64,000 bases of DNA from Octopus bimaculoides. Taxonomy: Eukaryota. The notes under the pieces are model-generated. The model searched no databases and had not been told where the DNA came from. It was given only the letters and a program-made list of their open reading frames with translations. Shown here piece by piece: positions 48,643-62,144 of the stretch. How positions within the stretch are numbered: position 1 is the first letter of the stretch; each line of letters starts with the position of its first letter. The translations under genes were made by a program, and so were the position numbers. Location: assembly GCF_001194135.2 (NCBI RefSeq), contig NC_068987.1, positions 24,579,587 to 24,643,586 on the forward strand, given 5' to 3'.

Positions 48643-49471
48643 TTCCAAGCTTTAAAAACCAAGTGTTCACTTCAAATATACTCTGCTTCGGTCGATAGAA
48701 CACACATCTTGTCATACATTAGCTAGAGTTCTCCCAACACCTCTTTAGAGGGAACATAAATTCCTATATTTCTTGAATAACACTTTTTTCCCTCACATTT
48801 TCTTAAATAAATTTATCGAGTAAGGGGAACTAATTTTTGTGACATACGTCATCCACTCCTAATTTTTCTAGAATTAGCTCAAGTTAAGTCACTCTTTTTG
48901 ACTAATAACATTTGCGAAGGATTGAATGTAGTTGCTGTTGATGCTTTTGCTGATCGCATCATTTCTTTCTTCAAATCAATATTTCTAAAATCATTTTACT
49001 TTGTCATTGACCGACGCAAATGTATTTAAGATTGAACGTTTGAAAGTTTGATCTTTCTTTCTTTTACATATTTTGTTTCTTCCTTTGAAAATAAGATCTT
49101 AATGTGTTACTACAACCAAAACTGCAGCAAGCTCTCTTCCAGCTACATTCATGTGGTTATCTTGTAATTTCTTGTAAATATTGCAAATGTTATTTACTAA
49201 AAAAAAAAAAGAAAAGAAAGAAAAAGGTAAACAGTAAGAAAATTTCTAAAGAGAGAGAGATCGTTCTTCTACCCCGTTACCTGGGAGTAAACCTTCAATC
49301 TGAAGTCTATTAGAAACCGCATTTTTTTTTTATTTCACAACGCAATCCAGTTAAAAATTTCCCTCCGAGTGACGTTTGTTCGCTTTAGCAACAACAGTAC
49401 CAACAATAGCAAAAGCAGCCACAATAATAATAATAATAATAATGAAAATAATCAAAGTAATGTTGTCTTAC

Positions 49472-49658
49472 CGGCGCCAGTACGACCCACAATACCAATC
49501 TTTTCATTATCACGGATGTGAAAGGAGACATTTTTGAAGATGTATTTCATATCTTCTCTGTATTTCATCCAAACTCCTGAAAATCTGACGTCTCCTGTTT
49601 TGGGCCAGTTGTTTTTTTTTGGTATATTTCTGGCCTCTTCTGTAATTTCGGGAGTTAA
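49472..49658 (-). CDS. ABCC5: ABCC5-like exon (187 bp), start of NBD2 and Walker A
   Basis: ttcaag|TTAACT...GCCG|gtaaga. Encodes LTPEITEEARNIPKKNNWPKTGDVRFSGVWMKYREDMKYIFKNVSFHIRDNEKIGIVGRTGA(G). Confidence 0.93.
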
Positions 49659-50959
49659 CTTGAATGGAAATATTGAAAGAGCATAAGTGAATTTCATGAT
49701 GAAGATTATGATCATGACGACGACGACGATGTTAACATGAAGAAGAACAACAACAACAATAAAAATAAAAATAATGATTTCTTTATTAACCACAAAGAGT
49801 TTACATTAAGAGAAACTTTATGGATGGTACAGGACAAAACAAAGAGTGTGTGTATGTGTGTGAGCGTGTGTTGTGAGGATTTTGCGAGTAAACATGTTTA
49901 ACGTAATAAAAAAAATTAACAATGTTTAATCCTCAATAGGGAGGAGTCGTTTGAGCATTGCTCATGGAAAATCCCCATAAAACCAGAGGCCGGTGCCTTT
50001 TCTCATTTCCTCTTCTCCGATTACAGGCCTATGCTCAGGGCAGGGCCATTCACTTGCACCATACTCGCCAATCTCATTCACCTTTCAGCAAAATGGCTAA
50101 AAGGAAACACTTCCCTCACACTTCTCTCTCCGCCCTTATTTTCTTTTCAAGTGAAACTTAGAGAAGTTGATGAGGGATTAGTCAAAGAGAAATGAGAAAA
50201 GTGTTTGTCTTCAGCCCCTTCAATTTTGTCCACCATACAACCTCTTTAGCTATAGCCACCAGACAAATAGTTTCTGATTTAGACAGATCAACAATTTTTA
50301 ACGGAGAGGGTAAATGTGTACCATCAACCCAGAACTTGACTGGTACTTCAACTTATCCACCCCGGAGGGATGAGAAGCAAAGTTCACCTCGCTGAGATTT
50401 GAGTTCACAACAAAAAGAGCAAGATCAAATATCACAAAGCGTTTTTTCCGATACTTCAGCGATTCTGCTGGCTTGCCTTAATAATCTAGCGCGTTCGTGG
50501 AAACATAACTGTCTGTTGAAGCATAAGAAAAGCAATTAAAAATTAAAAATAAAGGAAGTTATACTATATGGATGCCCATTAAATAAAAAATATACTTATT
50601 TATGACTTACACGTGATTATCACACACAAAATATTTTTTAAATAATATAAATCAAGAAAATAACGAACAAGTATGAAATACAAAGAAAATAAAGCGACCC
50701 AACTGAAAATAAAACCAACGCTATTTAAAACCTGATCCGCCATGTTCACTAAGAGACGAAACGGTAACAAAACCATTATCTGTTGGGCAAGGATGTTTGC
50801 TGATTTCATCGCGTAAGTTTCATACGATCACAATATAGAGGTAATGTAATATGTTGTTCAGAAGTGCTGAATTCACCACCCCACCACACACACACAAAAA
50901 AAAGGATAATATGAAAAATATATTAGCACCGCAAACACAGATCAGAATATCTAGCAAAC

Positions 50960-51730
50960 AACTCAACAAATCTAAAAGCTGCTAGAAAATTGAAAGCATC
51001 CGGGATTAGTAAAATCTCCAATTTTTGATTGGAATCCCTGTTCAATACTTATGATCGAAAGCGGCAGTATTCAAAAAGCAGGTAAACGGTCAATATTTCA
51101 ATGGTTCCTGGAAGGGTAAACAGTATCAACACCCCGTATAAAAACCCGGGGACCACAAAAATACAGGCTCATAGCTTGTTTACCAACAACCTACAAAATC
51201 CTTTCATCTGTACTCTACAAAAGCTGGCTTGCTGTTCATATGGGAAGCAATAATATCTTACTCGAGAAACAGAGAATGCCGGAAAAGAGTGTATGGCCGT
51301 AAAAAGGGATGCTATTATAGAGGAGGGCTAAAAGAAAAAAATCATTTGATACATATACTTTTGTGTACTAGGGATACTTAACATAAACCAGCTATACTAT
51401 TAATTCAGTACACTAAGCTGCATTCATGTCAAATCAGAAAACAAACATTATACAGCAAAGAGCTGAATAATACCAATCTTGTAGCCGTAAGAAGAATATT
51501 CCAAGAGACTGCTTATTTTGCATAGCTTTGATCCCTTAGGAAATGTATTGAATGACACCAGCAATCGTTATAAATGCTATGAACACATTATAAAACATCT
51601 CCCCGTACAGGAATGAATTAAAACTATTTACAAAAGTCAATACACAGAGAATCTACAAGGACTTGCTCATGAATTTTACTAGGATTTGAAAATGAGAAGG
51701 AGTCTAAACAAGTGCGCCAAAGCTACCATA
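50960..51730 (+). mobile_element. Degenerate R4/Dong-like reverse transcriptase fragment
   Basis: Across frames: KYRLIACLPTTYKILSS, IFQ.D...LFCIALIPL, LKLFTK and GLNKCAKAT. Confidence 0.6.
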
Positions 51731-53943
51731 AAAAGAGACAAATTAACGAAAATTGACCACATTGGATTACATACAGAAATCAAAATCAGAGTATCAGAAC
51801 AGAACCAACGAAAAAGTTCGAAAAGACTACTATAGCAAAGTAATCCCACTTATAAACTACTTCAGCATAAAAGATTAAATAAATTGAAAAGCATAAGCAA
51901 AAACAAACAAAAAAGTTTGAGAAACTACTGACAGCGTTCAGAAGCTACCTTAAAGATATAAATATAAATATATAGAATATACTTACATTGCACACAAGGC
52001 GAATAGAACACCATACAAATGAACAAATACAAAGTAATAACAATGGGACTAGAAAATTACTTACAAGAAAAGAGAAATTGATTTGTGTAATTTGGGGAAT
52101 ATGAAGAAAACTTTAGTTTTCTTTCTACATAAGGAAACAAAACATACTAGAAGCTAACTACAGCGGAGAAAAATTAAATAAGGATAAGACAAAAGAGTTT
52201 AGGAAATAAAAACGGAATTCCAAAATGTGCTAAAGAAAGAGAAAAAAGTGACTTCCTCTAGGACTAATGTTTGGAATGAAAGCCAATAGTTTGAACAAAG
52301 TAAGGATTCTGAGGGCAATTTAAAAGGGTAGGAAATAAGGAACTCAGCGGCATAAGTGAAATTTTCAGAAAATATCGGGGGATGAAAGTTGTCTCAGTCT
52401 ACCTTGTCATACTCTTACTTCTTGCCGAAATATTAAAATCAGATGAAAGTAAGTAGGAACTTTTATTGTAGCTACTGTAAATTCAAATCCAGCTGATACA
52501 AAGAAAACATGAAAGTGCAAGATCTATGTTGCCTTTGTGAGTGATGTATGAACAAAAAACAAAAACAAAAACAAAAAAAACTAATGTAAATAAAAAGACA
52601 CAAAAATGCATTTGGGAATTGTGTGATGTATTGTTTTACGTCTTTCAAGAACACAAGCATTGACCAAACATTTCTCTCGTAAAGTAGATATTTTATAAAT
52701 TATTGTGATTTACTCAGTAGAAGACTTAACCACCAAACTTGACACTCAGGTGAGATTTGAACGTGTCCGGACTGGTAGAAGAGTGTAGACTGTAATGAAT
52801 TAGCTGTTCACGATGACTTTATATTGTGGTAAATCTTGATAATGTTTTGTATAAAGAAGAAAAAAATAAACTGTGATAACGATATTTTATGGCTTGTGTG
52901 AATGTAATAAAACAATATTGTTGATCAGATTCAGGATAACCTTGATAAAGAAAAGCTATGATCAAATTAATTTTAGCCATGCCATGGCCACCTTAATTCT
53001 TTTTCAGGCACGGCTGATCTTGTATATTTTTTTCAAACATTCGTATGTCTCTCACTATATTATTCATTTTTTTCTAAGACAGCAGAATGTTATTTGATGG
53101 CAATAATATTTACAGTTTCGGAAAAGAAATAACTCTGTGTATATTCTAATTAGGTTAGTAAAATGCTCAGTCAGCAACTCAGTAGTATGTTCAAAACACC
53201 GCTCGTACACTAGCAAATATCTGAATTATCAGATTTACATGGAAAAGCTATATTTTCAACACTATAGCTTTACATGAAGTTATAAGAAACGTAAAAGATA
53301 GAAATCAAGTAACTGCATCCAGAGACACCCTCTCTTGAAGTGTCAACTATTCAGGGCAAAGTATAACAAGGGATTGTTTTGGAGCTATCAGGTTTACCTT
53401 CGGTTGTCAACAGAGTCAACACAAACTGTGCTGATGAAATTAAAATAGTAAAATGCTCTGAATATATTAAAAGAACAGAGAATGTCCTAATTGCCGTATG
53501 CAGATGAGCAGAAGGAAACAACATGAAAATTCTCTTCATGAAAGTTTCAAGCGGCTCGCTATGACCACCTTCTCAACAGCACAACTCACGTACAGGACCT
53601 AAAAAAATTGCAATACCGGGGCCAGAAATTGTGTAAGACTTGAGGATCATTCCAAAGGCATATTAAAAGAATAGTGAAATGCAACGAGAGAGAAGGAAGG
53701 GCTACCTAACAGAAAAATTAGTGAATCTGAAATATTTTAGCATTTGGAAAGTCCGGTCTTTGCACGACGAAGTAATTACATTAATATGAATGTAATAATT
53801 TACCTTGAATGCTTTCTTTCATAAAGAAACGCCTCAAATACAACTTTCATGCATTGAATTGCATGTTGCTTTCCTCAGCCCTTTTGTGTACACCTTTTCG
53901 ACTCTTAAAATCAAATAGTTCTATATATATACGTTACATTCTT

Positions 53944-54235
53944 GGAGGCGCAATGGCCCAGTGGTTAGGGCAGCGTATTCGCGGTCATAGGATCGCGGTT
54001 TCGATTCCCAGACCGGGCGTTGTGAGTGTTTATTGAGCGAAAACACCTCAAGCTCCACGAGGCTCCGGCAGGGGATGGTGGCGAACCCTGCTGTACTCAT
54101 TTACCAAAACTTTCTCTCACTCTTACTTCCTGTTTCTGTTGTGCCGGTAATTCAAAGGGTCAGCCTTGTCACACTATCGAGTACTTTTGCCGAACTTCAA
54201 AGTTACGGGGACGTAAACACTCCAATACCGGTTGT
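53944..54235 (+). mobile_element. tRNA-derived SINE (14626 family), 3'-truncated and fused to an inverted piece of another SINE
   Basis: Closely matches 14626-14855, then switches to ATCGAGTACTTTTGCCGAACTTC...GGTTGTCA (compare 10540-10590). Confidence 0.8.
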
Positions 54236-54295
54236 CATGTTAGTGTAATAGTTAATGAAAGTCAGTAGTAGATCATAAGGTAGTGCAATACTTAC

Positions 54296-54385
54296 AGAGC
54301 GAAATTGATTTAAGCGTTCAATAATTGTAAACCTTGATTCCGTGTCATTTATAATCCGGATAAGGAATTGGGACATGTTGAGAAT
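54296..54385 (-). CDS. ABCC5: ABCC5-like exon (90 bp), end of TMD2
   Basis: tttcag|ATTCTC...CGCTCT|gtaagt. Encodes ILNMSQFLIRIINDTESRFTIIERLNQFRS, matching the ABCC ExRFTSVERI motif. Confidence 0.9.
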
Positions 54386-55663
54386 CTGAAAATAATCACA
54401 GCAAACCAATGAATGAATGAGTGAATGAAATAATTTATGTATGTATGTATATATAATTTTTCTTTGAGTTTTATTTAAGTTCTTGTGAGTGTTTAATCCG
54501 GTTGCTAACAAAGCAGCGACACATTTTATAGTTAAGAGAGTTCCCGGTGCTTGTAAATATGTGGTTGAGTTGGTATGTTTTATTAAATTGTCTATGTCAG
54601 CTTCGGCATGTATGTATGTATGTATGTATGTATTTATGTATGTATGTATTTATGTATGTATAAGCTTATGTATACATGTATGCGTAAGTTTATGTATGTA
54701 TTTAACTTGCTGGCTTAGCCATCATTTGCAAGCAAGTATTACCCAGTACCACGTTTTCGTTAGTTGTTTCGGGTGCTTATGTAGTTGTGAGAACCTTCTC
54801 AACCCTCCTATTGAAACATTGAGGATGTGACAATTGGAGGGAGACAGAGTTGTACCAGCACTAGGCTAGCACTAATTTTCAGTCGAGCAGAAACCTGAAA
54901 TGACAACCCTTGCTCAAGGACATAACTCTGTCTACTTCAGGAATTGAACCTACAAACTTATGATCCCCTGACCAACACATTAACCACTAGGCCATGCGCC
55001 ATATCTATCTATGTGTCTGCCTATCTTCATAATAGAAACACTATAAAACGTCTTGTAGGAAAATAAAGTTGTAAAATAAACTTAGGGTTGTGTTTTTAGT
55101 AAATACATTCTTAGCAATCCTATATTTCTTAAAACTATTTCTGTGCTATTTAAGTAATAACTGTGCAGCTTTCTGATGGACACACCGGAAAATATAGGGG
55201 AAAAATTATTGATGTTCAAGTTACCAGATATTTCTTTACAAACAAATCAGAGTTGCATTCTGAAGCAGTCGCTCTATATTTCCTTACCAAAAGACTTTTG
55301 TTGAAGATGACCTGTTAGATGTCCCATATAGAACTACCAATATTAATGTAATTTCCCATGATTTGCTGAATTGTTAAAATGTTGCTACATTCTGTCATAT
55401 TTCTGTTGTAACCAATTTATGGAAATAAAAGTTTGGGGAGAAATCAAATATGTCATATTAATATTGTGATCTTCAAGTTTTTCAGTAAAGAGTGTTATTT
55501 TATGCAAGTAGGATGAAAACCTTGAATAGAAATTGTGAAGCCTACTTGACTCTCCAGGACCTTGCTCCTCAGTTTACGATAATCTTCACTACCTTTCTAT
55601 CTTTCTCATATGAGGGTATAACAATGTATATTGACCGCCATCCACATACAGGAAAATACTTAC

Positions 55664-55850
55664 CTGCGTTAAAAAGTTCAATGTCATAGCTGCAAACGAA
55701 GGTGAAATTGTGCCTTTACTGAGAGCAAAAATATAAACCGCTGCTACGAAAATACATATGAAAGTCAGATCTAGCCGAACTCCCACCCAACGGAGGGCGA
55801 AATCAAACAGAAGCTCCACTGAGCACACGACATCGTGGTGGTAACAAAAT
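55664..55850 (-). CDS. ABCC5: ABCC5-like exon (187 bp), TMD2
   Basis: cttcag|ATTTTG...ACGCAG|gtaagt. Encodes (R)FCYHHDVVCSVELLFDFALRWVGVRLDL...SPSFAAMTLNFLTQ. Phase 2 to 0. Confidence 0.92.
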
Positions 55851-56981
55851 CTGAAGTGAAAAAGCAACAGTATCATTAGCATTGTCATTGTCATCATCAT
55901 TATTACTACAAGGTTATCTCACAACCCGTGTTACACGGATCGAATATTTATGTGATTGAAAATATCTAATCAGTTAGAGCTGGTCAAAGTCACCAAACAA
56001 CAACGACAACAAAACAAAGAATAGGCTATGAATAGATAACATTTACGTAGTTAAATGGGAACTAATATAATTAATATAGTGAGCCAAACATGATTTATAA
56101 TTAACTGAAATCAAAGCAGTAATAAAAAGAACAGTTAGCGTTTATGACAATTTTTTTCAAAGCCAAGGGAGAGAATTCCAAAATTTAAATTAGAAATTAA
56201 ATGGAGACATAAATTGGTGTGTGATCGTTAGTCAGTTTAGTAACCACTCTTGACATGTTTCAGCCGTATTAGACCTCCTGTGTGATGTATAGTCTAACAT
56301 GTAGTCAACAGATCATAACAAAGAAGGTATAATTTTGTTGTAAAGATTATTTACCAATTAGGGGATTTAAGATTGTCTAGAGCAATGACAATAGAAAATT
56401 TTCTTAGACTGCCGTTTGTTAGACGTATACCATATAGTCTTTGGACCCGAACATAAATAGAAAACACACACACACACACGCGCACAAACAGAAAAAATAT
56501 GTTGTATTAAGAATGTTAATCTTTCGTGATTTTCATTTTTTCCCGAAGAGATCTTGGTACTTTTTCTCTCTTCTTTTTTATTGTTTTGCTATTTTCAGTC
56601 ATTGGATCGCGGCCATGTTTGGACATAGCTTTGAAAGATTTAGTCGATCGAATCGATCCCAGTACTTATTTTAACTCTGGTTATTCTTCTATCGAACTTT
56701 TTTGCTGAACCGCTTCATTACATAAAAGAATGTAAAGAAACTGACAACGGTTATCAAATAGTGAGGAAGAGAACAAATCCAATTCATACACACATACACA
56801 TATGATAGGTTTCCGTACAGTTTCCGCCTGCGTAGTTCACTGACAATGCAATGGCCGGTCCGGGGTTATTACAGACGTTCAGAGTTCTGTACAGTGAAAT
56901 TCAACCCAAAATCACATAGCTGTGAAGCAAACTTCTTAATAGCAAATATTAAATAATTAATAAATAACCAATAAAGCAAAC

Positions 56982-57264
56982 CTTTTGAAGAAAAATTCAT
57001 TTTGGTTGAATGTGCTTATTGTCACAAGTCCGTTGGTGGTTGTATTGACGTGACCAAGTAAAACTGAGCGCTTGAGGTTTTCCAGTCGCTTCAATTGTCG
57101 TACGGTCGCAATTGATATATAGCGAAGCAAATACATTATGATAAAGGCTAAGACGAATCCAATGATAAACATCAAATTAGTCTGGAGAGACATAATAGCT
57201 AAAATCACGAATTGCATAAACACCTGAAGTAATATATCCAGTAACTGCGGTAATGTGTAATCAG
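56982..57264 (-). CDS. ABCC5: ABCC5-like exon (283 bp), TMD2
   Basis: ttccag|CTGATT...AAAAG|gtttgc. Encodes (A)DYTLPQLLDILLQVFMQFV...RQLKRLENLKRS...NGLVTISTFNQNEFFFK(R). Phase 1 to 2. Confidence 0.92.
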
Positions 57265-57496
57265 CTGGAAGGAATAAAAAGGAGAAATATAAGAGAGGTA
57301 AAAACAAAACAAAACAAAACAAAATAAAAATGTAATAAATGGACTATCTTAGTGAATTGCAGCATTTTAATAAAATATTTCGTATGAGCACTAAAAGGAC
57401 ATATTTTTCTCAAGAATTTGTGATTGAAAAATGTAATGTTAAAGCCATTTTTTTTATTTGCTAAATTACAAAGTATAACGAAATAATAATTATTTT

Positions 57497-57962
57497 GTAA
57501 CGTTTTTTGCCGCTATAACATGGTTGTTCTATAAAGAACTATGTTATTACATTTTAACCCTAAGAAAATGTCTTTCTGAGCTGTTTAATGACACACAACG
57601 TGTGTCCGATGTATTGTGAGTAAGGGAGCGAATCACTTCCCTCCAGCTTGGCAAGACAAGTAGACCATGGTTTCTTCATCTGTACTGGACACCTGCCTGC
57701 TAGAAATGGCACACACAATATTGTGAATGGGGACGACTGACTGCAATCTCTAGCAGGCAGGAGTCCAGTACTGATGAAGGGCAAAGACCCCGAAACCATG
57801 GTCTACTGGTCTTGCCAAGCTGGAGGGGAGTAACTCGCTTTCTTACAATATATCGGACACAGGTTGTGTCGTTAGCTAGCTGGAAAAGACGTTTCCCTGG
57901 GGTTAAAATGTAGTAACAGTTCTTTATAGAACCGCTATGTTCTAGTGGCAAATAAACGTTAC
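57497..57962. mobile_element. Fold-back MITE (~210-bp arms) in an ABCC intron
   Basis: GTAACGTTT...CCAGCTTGGCAAGAC...CCTGCTAGA pairs with TCTAGCAGG...GTCTTGCCAAGCTGG...AAACGTTAC. No clear TSD. Confidence 0.87.
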
Positions 57963-58197
57963 CGTCTAGTATTGTTACTACTTATATCTCGTTTAGCGAT
58001 TTTAGAATTAGCTAATTATTTTGTAATTTTAAGTATGTTTGTCAGCCCAGCTCCATATTCATGAGAATATTTTCTACTCCATGATATTCGGTTGTCCTTT
58101 TTTTTTCTTCTTAGTTTTTCGTAAAACATTCTTCTCTGAAATCTAATGTATGGGTTATTATTAAAGATTTTGTAACTAAGTTACTTTGGTACTTCAC

Positions 58198-58327
58198 CTT
58201 CATCTAGTTCTTTCGAAAATTTATTCATGATTCTTCCTGGGGGATTACTGTCGAAGAAACTCATTGGACTTCTGATGACGTTTGTGAATATATTATCATG
58301 TATAGTAGTAGAAGCAGACATTGTAAG
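58198..58327 (-). CDS. ABCC5: ABCC5-like exon (130 bp), TMD2 intracellular loop
   Basis: tttcag|CTTACA...GAAG|gtgaag. Encodes LTMSASTTIHDNIFTNVIRSPMSFFDSNPPGRIMNKFSKELDE, matching the ABCC FFDxxPxGRIxNxFSKD motif. Confidence 0.92.
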
Positions 58328-60844
58328 CTGAAAAAAAAAATGAAGGAAAGAAAATACGAACTAAGTAATAAAACTAACCAATTTTTACTTGCAGGAAATT
58401 ATCAGTTGCAATGGAGTAAGTTGGACAGAGAGTAATGTCGAATAAATATCTCGCGTTAAAGTAATAATACATGCAGTAGAATTATACTGTGAAGAGGTTG
58501 CAGAAGTGCAACGAAATATTTCAGTTTCAAAAAATTTTCGAAAGAACAAAATACATAAAGTTCCTATGTGGTAATTATTTTGTTTCAGGCAGAAATAATT
58601 GTTAGGTTTAATGCAGTTAATACTGCTGTAGTTATTAACTCTCTAGGTTAGTCCAGGTGAAGAAAATCTATGATTAAAGGCAATATCCATGGCCAACTCA
58701 TCTTTTAGCATATCAGAAACTATGTATTCTTCTTTTTGTTTTAAAGACGGTAGTGTGTGACTTGAACGAATCTAGTTGCTATCTCTCTCTGATCAAGCAG
58801 TCACATAGAAACTCATTCTTTGGATCAACGGAGTTAATATAAAATAGTGAAGAATCATTATTAGTCGACATGGCAGTGTTTTGCTACAGGTCAAACGGAT
58901 AGGTAAGCGGTCTGAAGTTTGGACGGATCTAAGGATGAGCTTCGTATAATGTCAACAAATTATATAACTGGCTCAGTTCATATAACTGTAAATAACAATC
59001 GCGTTGCAATCAAGCAAAGCAGGAACGGCATATACAGAATGCCTGGTTAGTGTGAAAATTTAAGTATGTAGGCAGGAATCCACACACACGACTTTCCTTG
59101 GTGGTATAGGGATATTCTTCAGTGATGTTTTCACTTCGTGTTTTATCATGGTTTATTAAGATTCTGTGTTCGTGTTTAGTGCGTATTCGGTATTTAAAAA
59201 TGCTCAACACTGCGTTGGTAGATAAATACGCTTTATTAAATAAATAAATATATAATGAATACAGCAAAGGAAGTGTGAAACAAAAAGTACTATTCGATTC
59301 TAAGGTAATGAAGTAAAGTGTGGCTTTCTTATATATATTACTCTGAAGTTGGCAGATGATATATTCATTCAATCCTTACCTCACAACTCGTCTTCCCGCT
59401 TCACTGAACTTATATCCTCTAAGTCCAAATCATTCCATATCTCTAACCGTGTCTCACACTATTTTCACTCAGAGCACTTCCTATTCTATTTAACACACAT
59501 GTTGTATCTGGACCTCTCATTTCTTTCTACTCTCACTCTTTTTCTATCTCTTATTTTCCAGATGGGCAAAACATATATTCACCTCTTCAACAAGACACCT
59601 GCTTCTATCTCCTATATCATAGTTTCTTTCTCCAGTCTATACCCCGATCAGTTGAGGGATCTTATCTTGCGGGTACTTGGCGACCTCACTGGTGCCACGT
59701 AAAAAAAGCATCCAGTACACTTTGCTAAGTGGTTGACTTAGGAAGAGCATCGAGCTGTAGAAACCATGCCGAAGCAGACATAGAACCCGGTGGAGCCTTC
59801 TGACTCGTCTGTCCTTGTCGAACAGTCCATTCCATGCCAGCATGGAAAAAGGGACGATATATATATATATATATATANNNNNNNNNNNNNNNNNNNNNNN
59901 NNNNNNNNNNNNNNNNNNNNNNNNNNNNNNNNNNNNNNNNNNNNNNNNNNNNNNNNNNNNNNNNNNNNNNNNNNNNNNNNNNNNNNNNNNNNNNNNNNNN
60001 NNNNNNNNNNNNNNNNNNNNNNNNNNNNNNNNNNNNNNNNNNNNNNNNNNNNNNNNNNNNNNNNNNNNNNNNNNNNNNNNNNNNNNNNNNNNNNNNNNNN
60101 NNNNNNNNNNNNNNNNNNNNNNNNNNNNNNNNNNNNNNNNNNNNNNNNNNNNNNNNNNNNNNNNNNNNNNNNNNNNNNNNNNNNNNNNNNNNNNNNNNNN
60201 NNNNNNNNNNNNNNNNNNNNNNNNNNNNNNNNNNNNNNNNNNNNNNNNNNNNNNNNNNNNNNNNNNNNNNNNNNNNNNNNNNNNNNNNNNNNNNNNNNNN
60301 NNNNNNNNNNNNNNNNNNNNNNNNNNNNNNNNNNNNNNNNNNNNNNNNNNNNNNNNNNNNNNNNNNNNNNNNNNNNNNNNNNNNNNNNNNNNNNNNNNNN
60401 NNNNNNNNNNNNNNNNNNNNNNNNNNNNNNNNNNNNNNNNNNNNNNNNNNNNNNNNNNNNNNNNNNNNNNNNNNNNNNNNNNNNNNNNNNNNNNNNNNNN
60501 NNNNNNNNNNNNNNNNNNNNNNNNNNNNNNNNNNNNNNNNNNNNNNNNNNNNNNNNNNNNNNNNNNNNNNNNNNNNNNNNNNNNNNNNNNNNNNNNNNNN
60601 NNNNNNNNNNNNNNNNNNNNNNNNNNNNNNNNNNNNNNNNNNNNNNNNNNNNNNNNNNNNNNNNNNNNNNNNNNNNNNNNNNNNNNNNNNNNNNNNNNNN
60701 NNNNNNNNNNNNNCAGAGGGCTCCGCCAGGTTCTATGTCTGTTTCGGTACGGTTTCTACAACTGGATGCTCTTCCTAAGTCAACCACTTAAGAAAGTGTA
60801 CTGGTTACTCTTTTACACGCAGTACAAAAAAAAATGTAGGGCGT

Positions 60845-62000
60845 GTGTTAGGGTGAGTGGTGAAGTGAGTGGTTTGATGTGAAGATGGGGTTAAGACAGG
60901 GCTGTGTGATGTCTCCGTGGTTGTTTAATCTATATATGGATGGTGTGGTGAGAGAGGTGAATGCTAGAACCTTTGGCAGGGGAGCCCAAATGGTGGGAGA
61001 CAATGAAGAGAAATGGCAGTTGAGTCAGTTGTTTGCTGATGATACAGCACTGGTGGCGGATTCAGAAGAGCAACTGGGAAGACTGGTGGTCGAGTTTGGA
61101 AGAGTGTGTGAGAGGAGGAAACTGAAAGTGAATGTAATTAAGAGAAAGGTGATGTAATGTTCGAGAGATGGAATTGCTTGTAGAATGAATGTGAGTATAA
61201 ATGGTGAGTGTTTTTAAGTATCTGGGATCACATGTGACGATGGATGGGGTTTGGCTGAGGAAGTGGGATATAGAGTGAGGGAGGGGAGTAAGATACTTAG
61301 AGCTATGAAAGGTATGCCGTGAGATAAAAGGTTGAGTAAGAAAGCGAATAGAGGTGTGTATGAGGGCGTGATTGTGCCGACAATGTTATATGGTGCAGAG
61401 ATGTGGGGGTTTTAGAGAGGCGGAAAGGAGGCGACTAGATGTGTTTGAGATTAGATGTTTGAGGGCTATGGTTGGTGTGACACGGATGGATAGGATGAGG
61501 AATGAGGAGGTGCGAAGACGAGCAGGAATGAGAGAAGATCTAACAACCAGAATGGATAGACGAATGCTGAGGTGGTTTGGCCACATGGAGAGGATGGATG
61601 AGGAGCGGATGGTTAGGAAGGTGATGAAGGCAGAAGTGGTAGGCAGCAGAACCGGAGGCAGATCTCGGTTTGTATGGATGGATGGATGGAGTGGGGATGG
61701 CTTTGGTGGTTAGAGGTGTTCGAGTGAGAGAGGCAAGAGAGTTTATAAATGATAGGAAAGCTTGGAGAGTGTTTGTGGACGGATGAGTGAATTTAATGTT
61801 GCTCAAAGGAGTACAAAACCAGCATGATGCGGCAGGGGTAAACCAGCATATGCTGTCGGGCCCCGCTGCTGATATAGGGGGTTGCGTTCTATACCTTGAC
61901 TCGAGCATAGAACGGGGCTCGCCTCTTTGAGCTGGGAAATGAATGGAATGCCTGGTGTGTGTCTTGTTATGGCTACCCCCTCCTCAAAAATGGGGATAGG
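60845..62000 (+). mobile_element. Second RTE-clade LINE family: 5'-truncated RT, C-terminus and 3'UTR
   Basis: GLRQGCVMSPWLFNLYMD, LFADDTALVADSEE, KYLGS, LRWFGHMERMDEER. Contains stops and frameshifts and is GC-richer than its flanks. Confidence 0.9.
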
Positions 62001-62113
62001 CCTGTATATGTATATACATACATATATATATAATTATATATATGTGTATGTATTCGTACACATGTATGTATGTATGTATGTATGTATGTATGTATGTATG
62101 TATGTATATAAAT

Positions 62114-62144
<31 letters not shown>

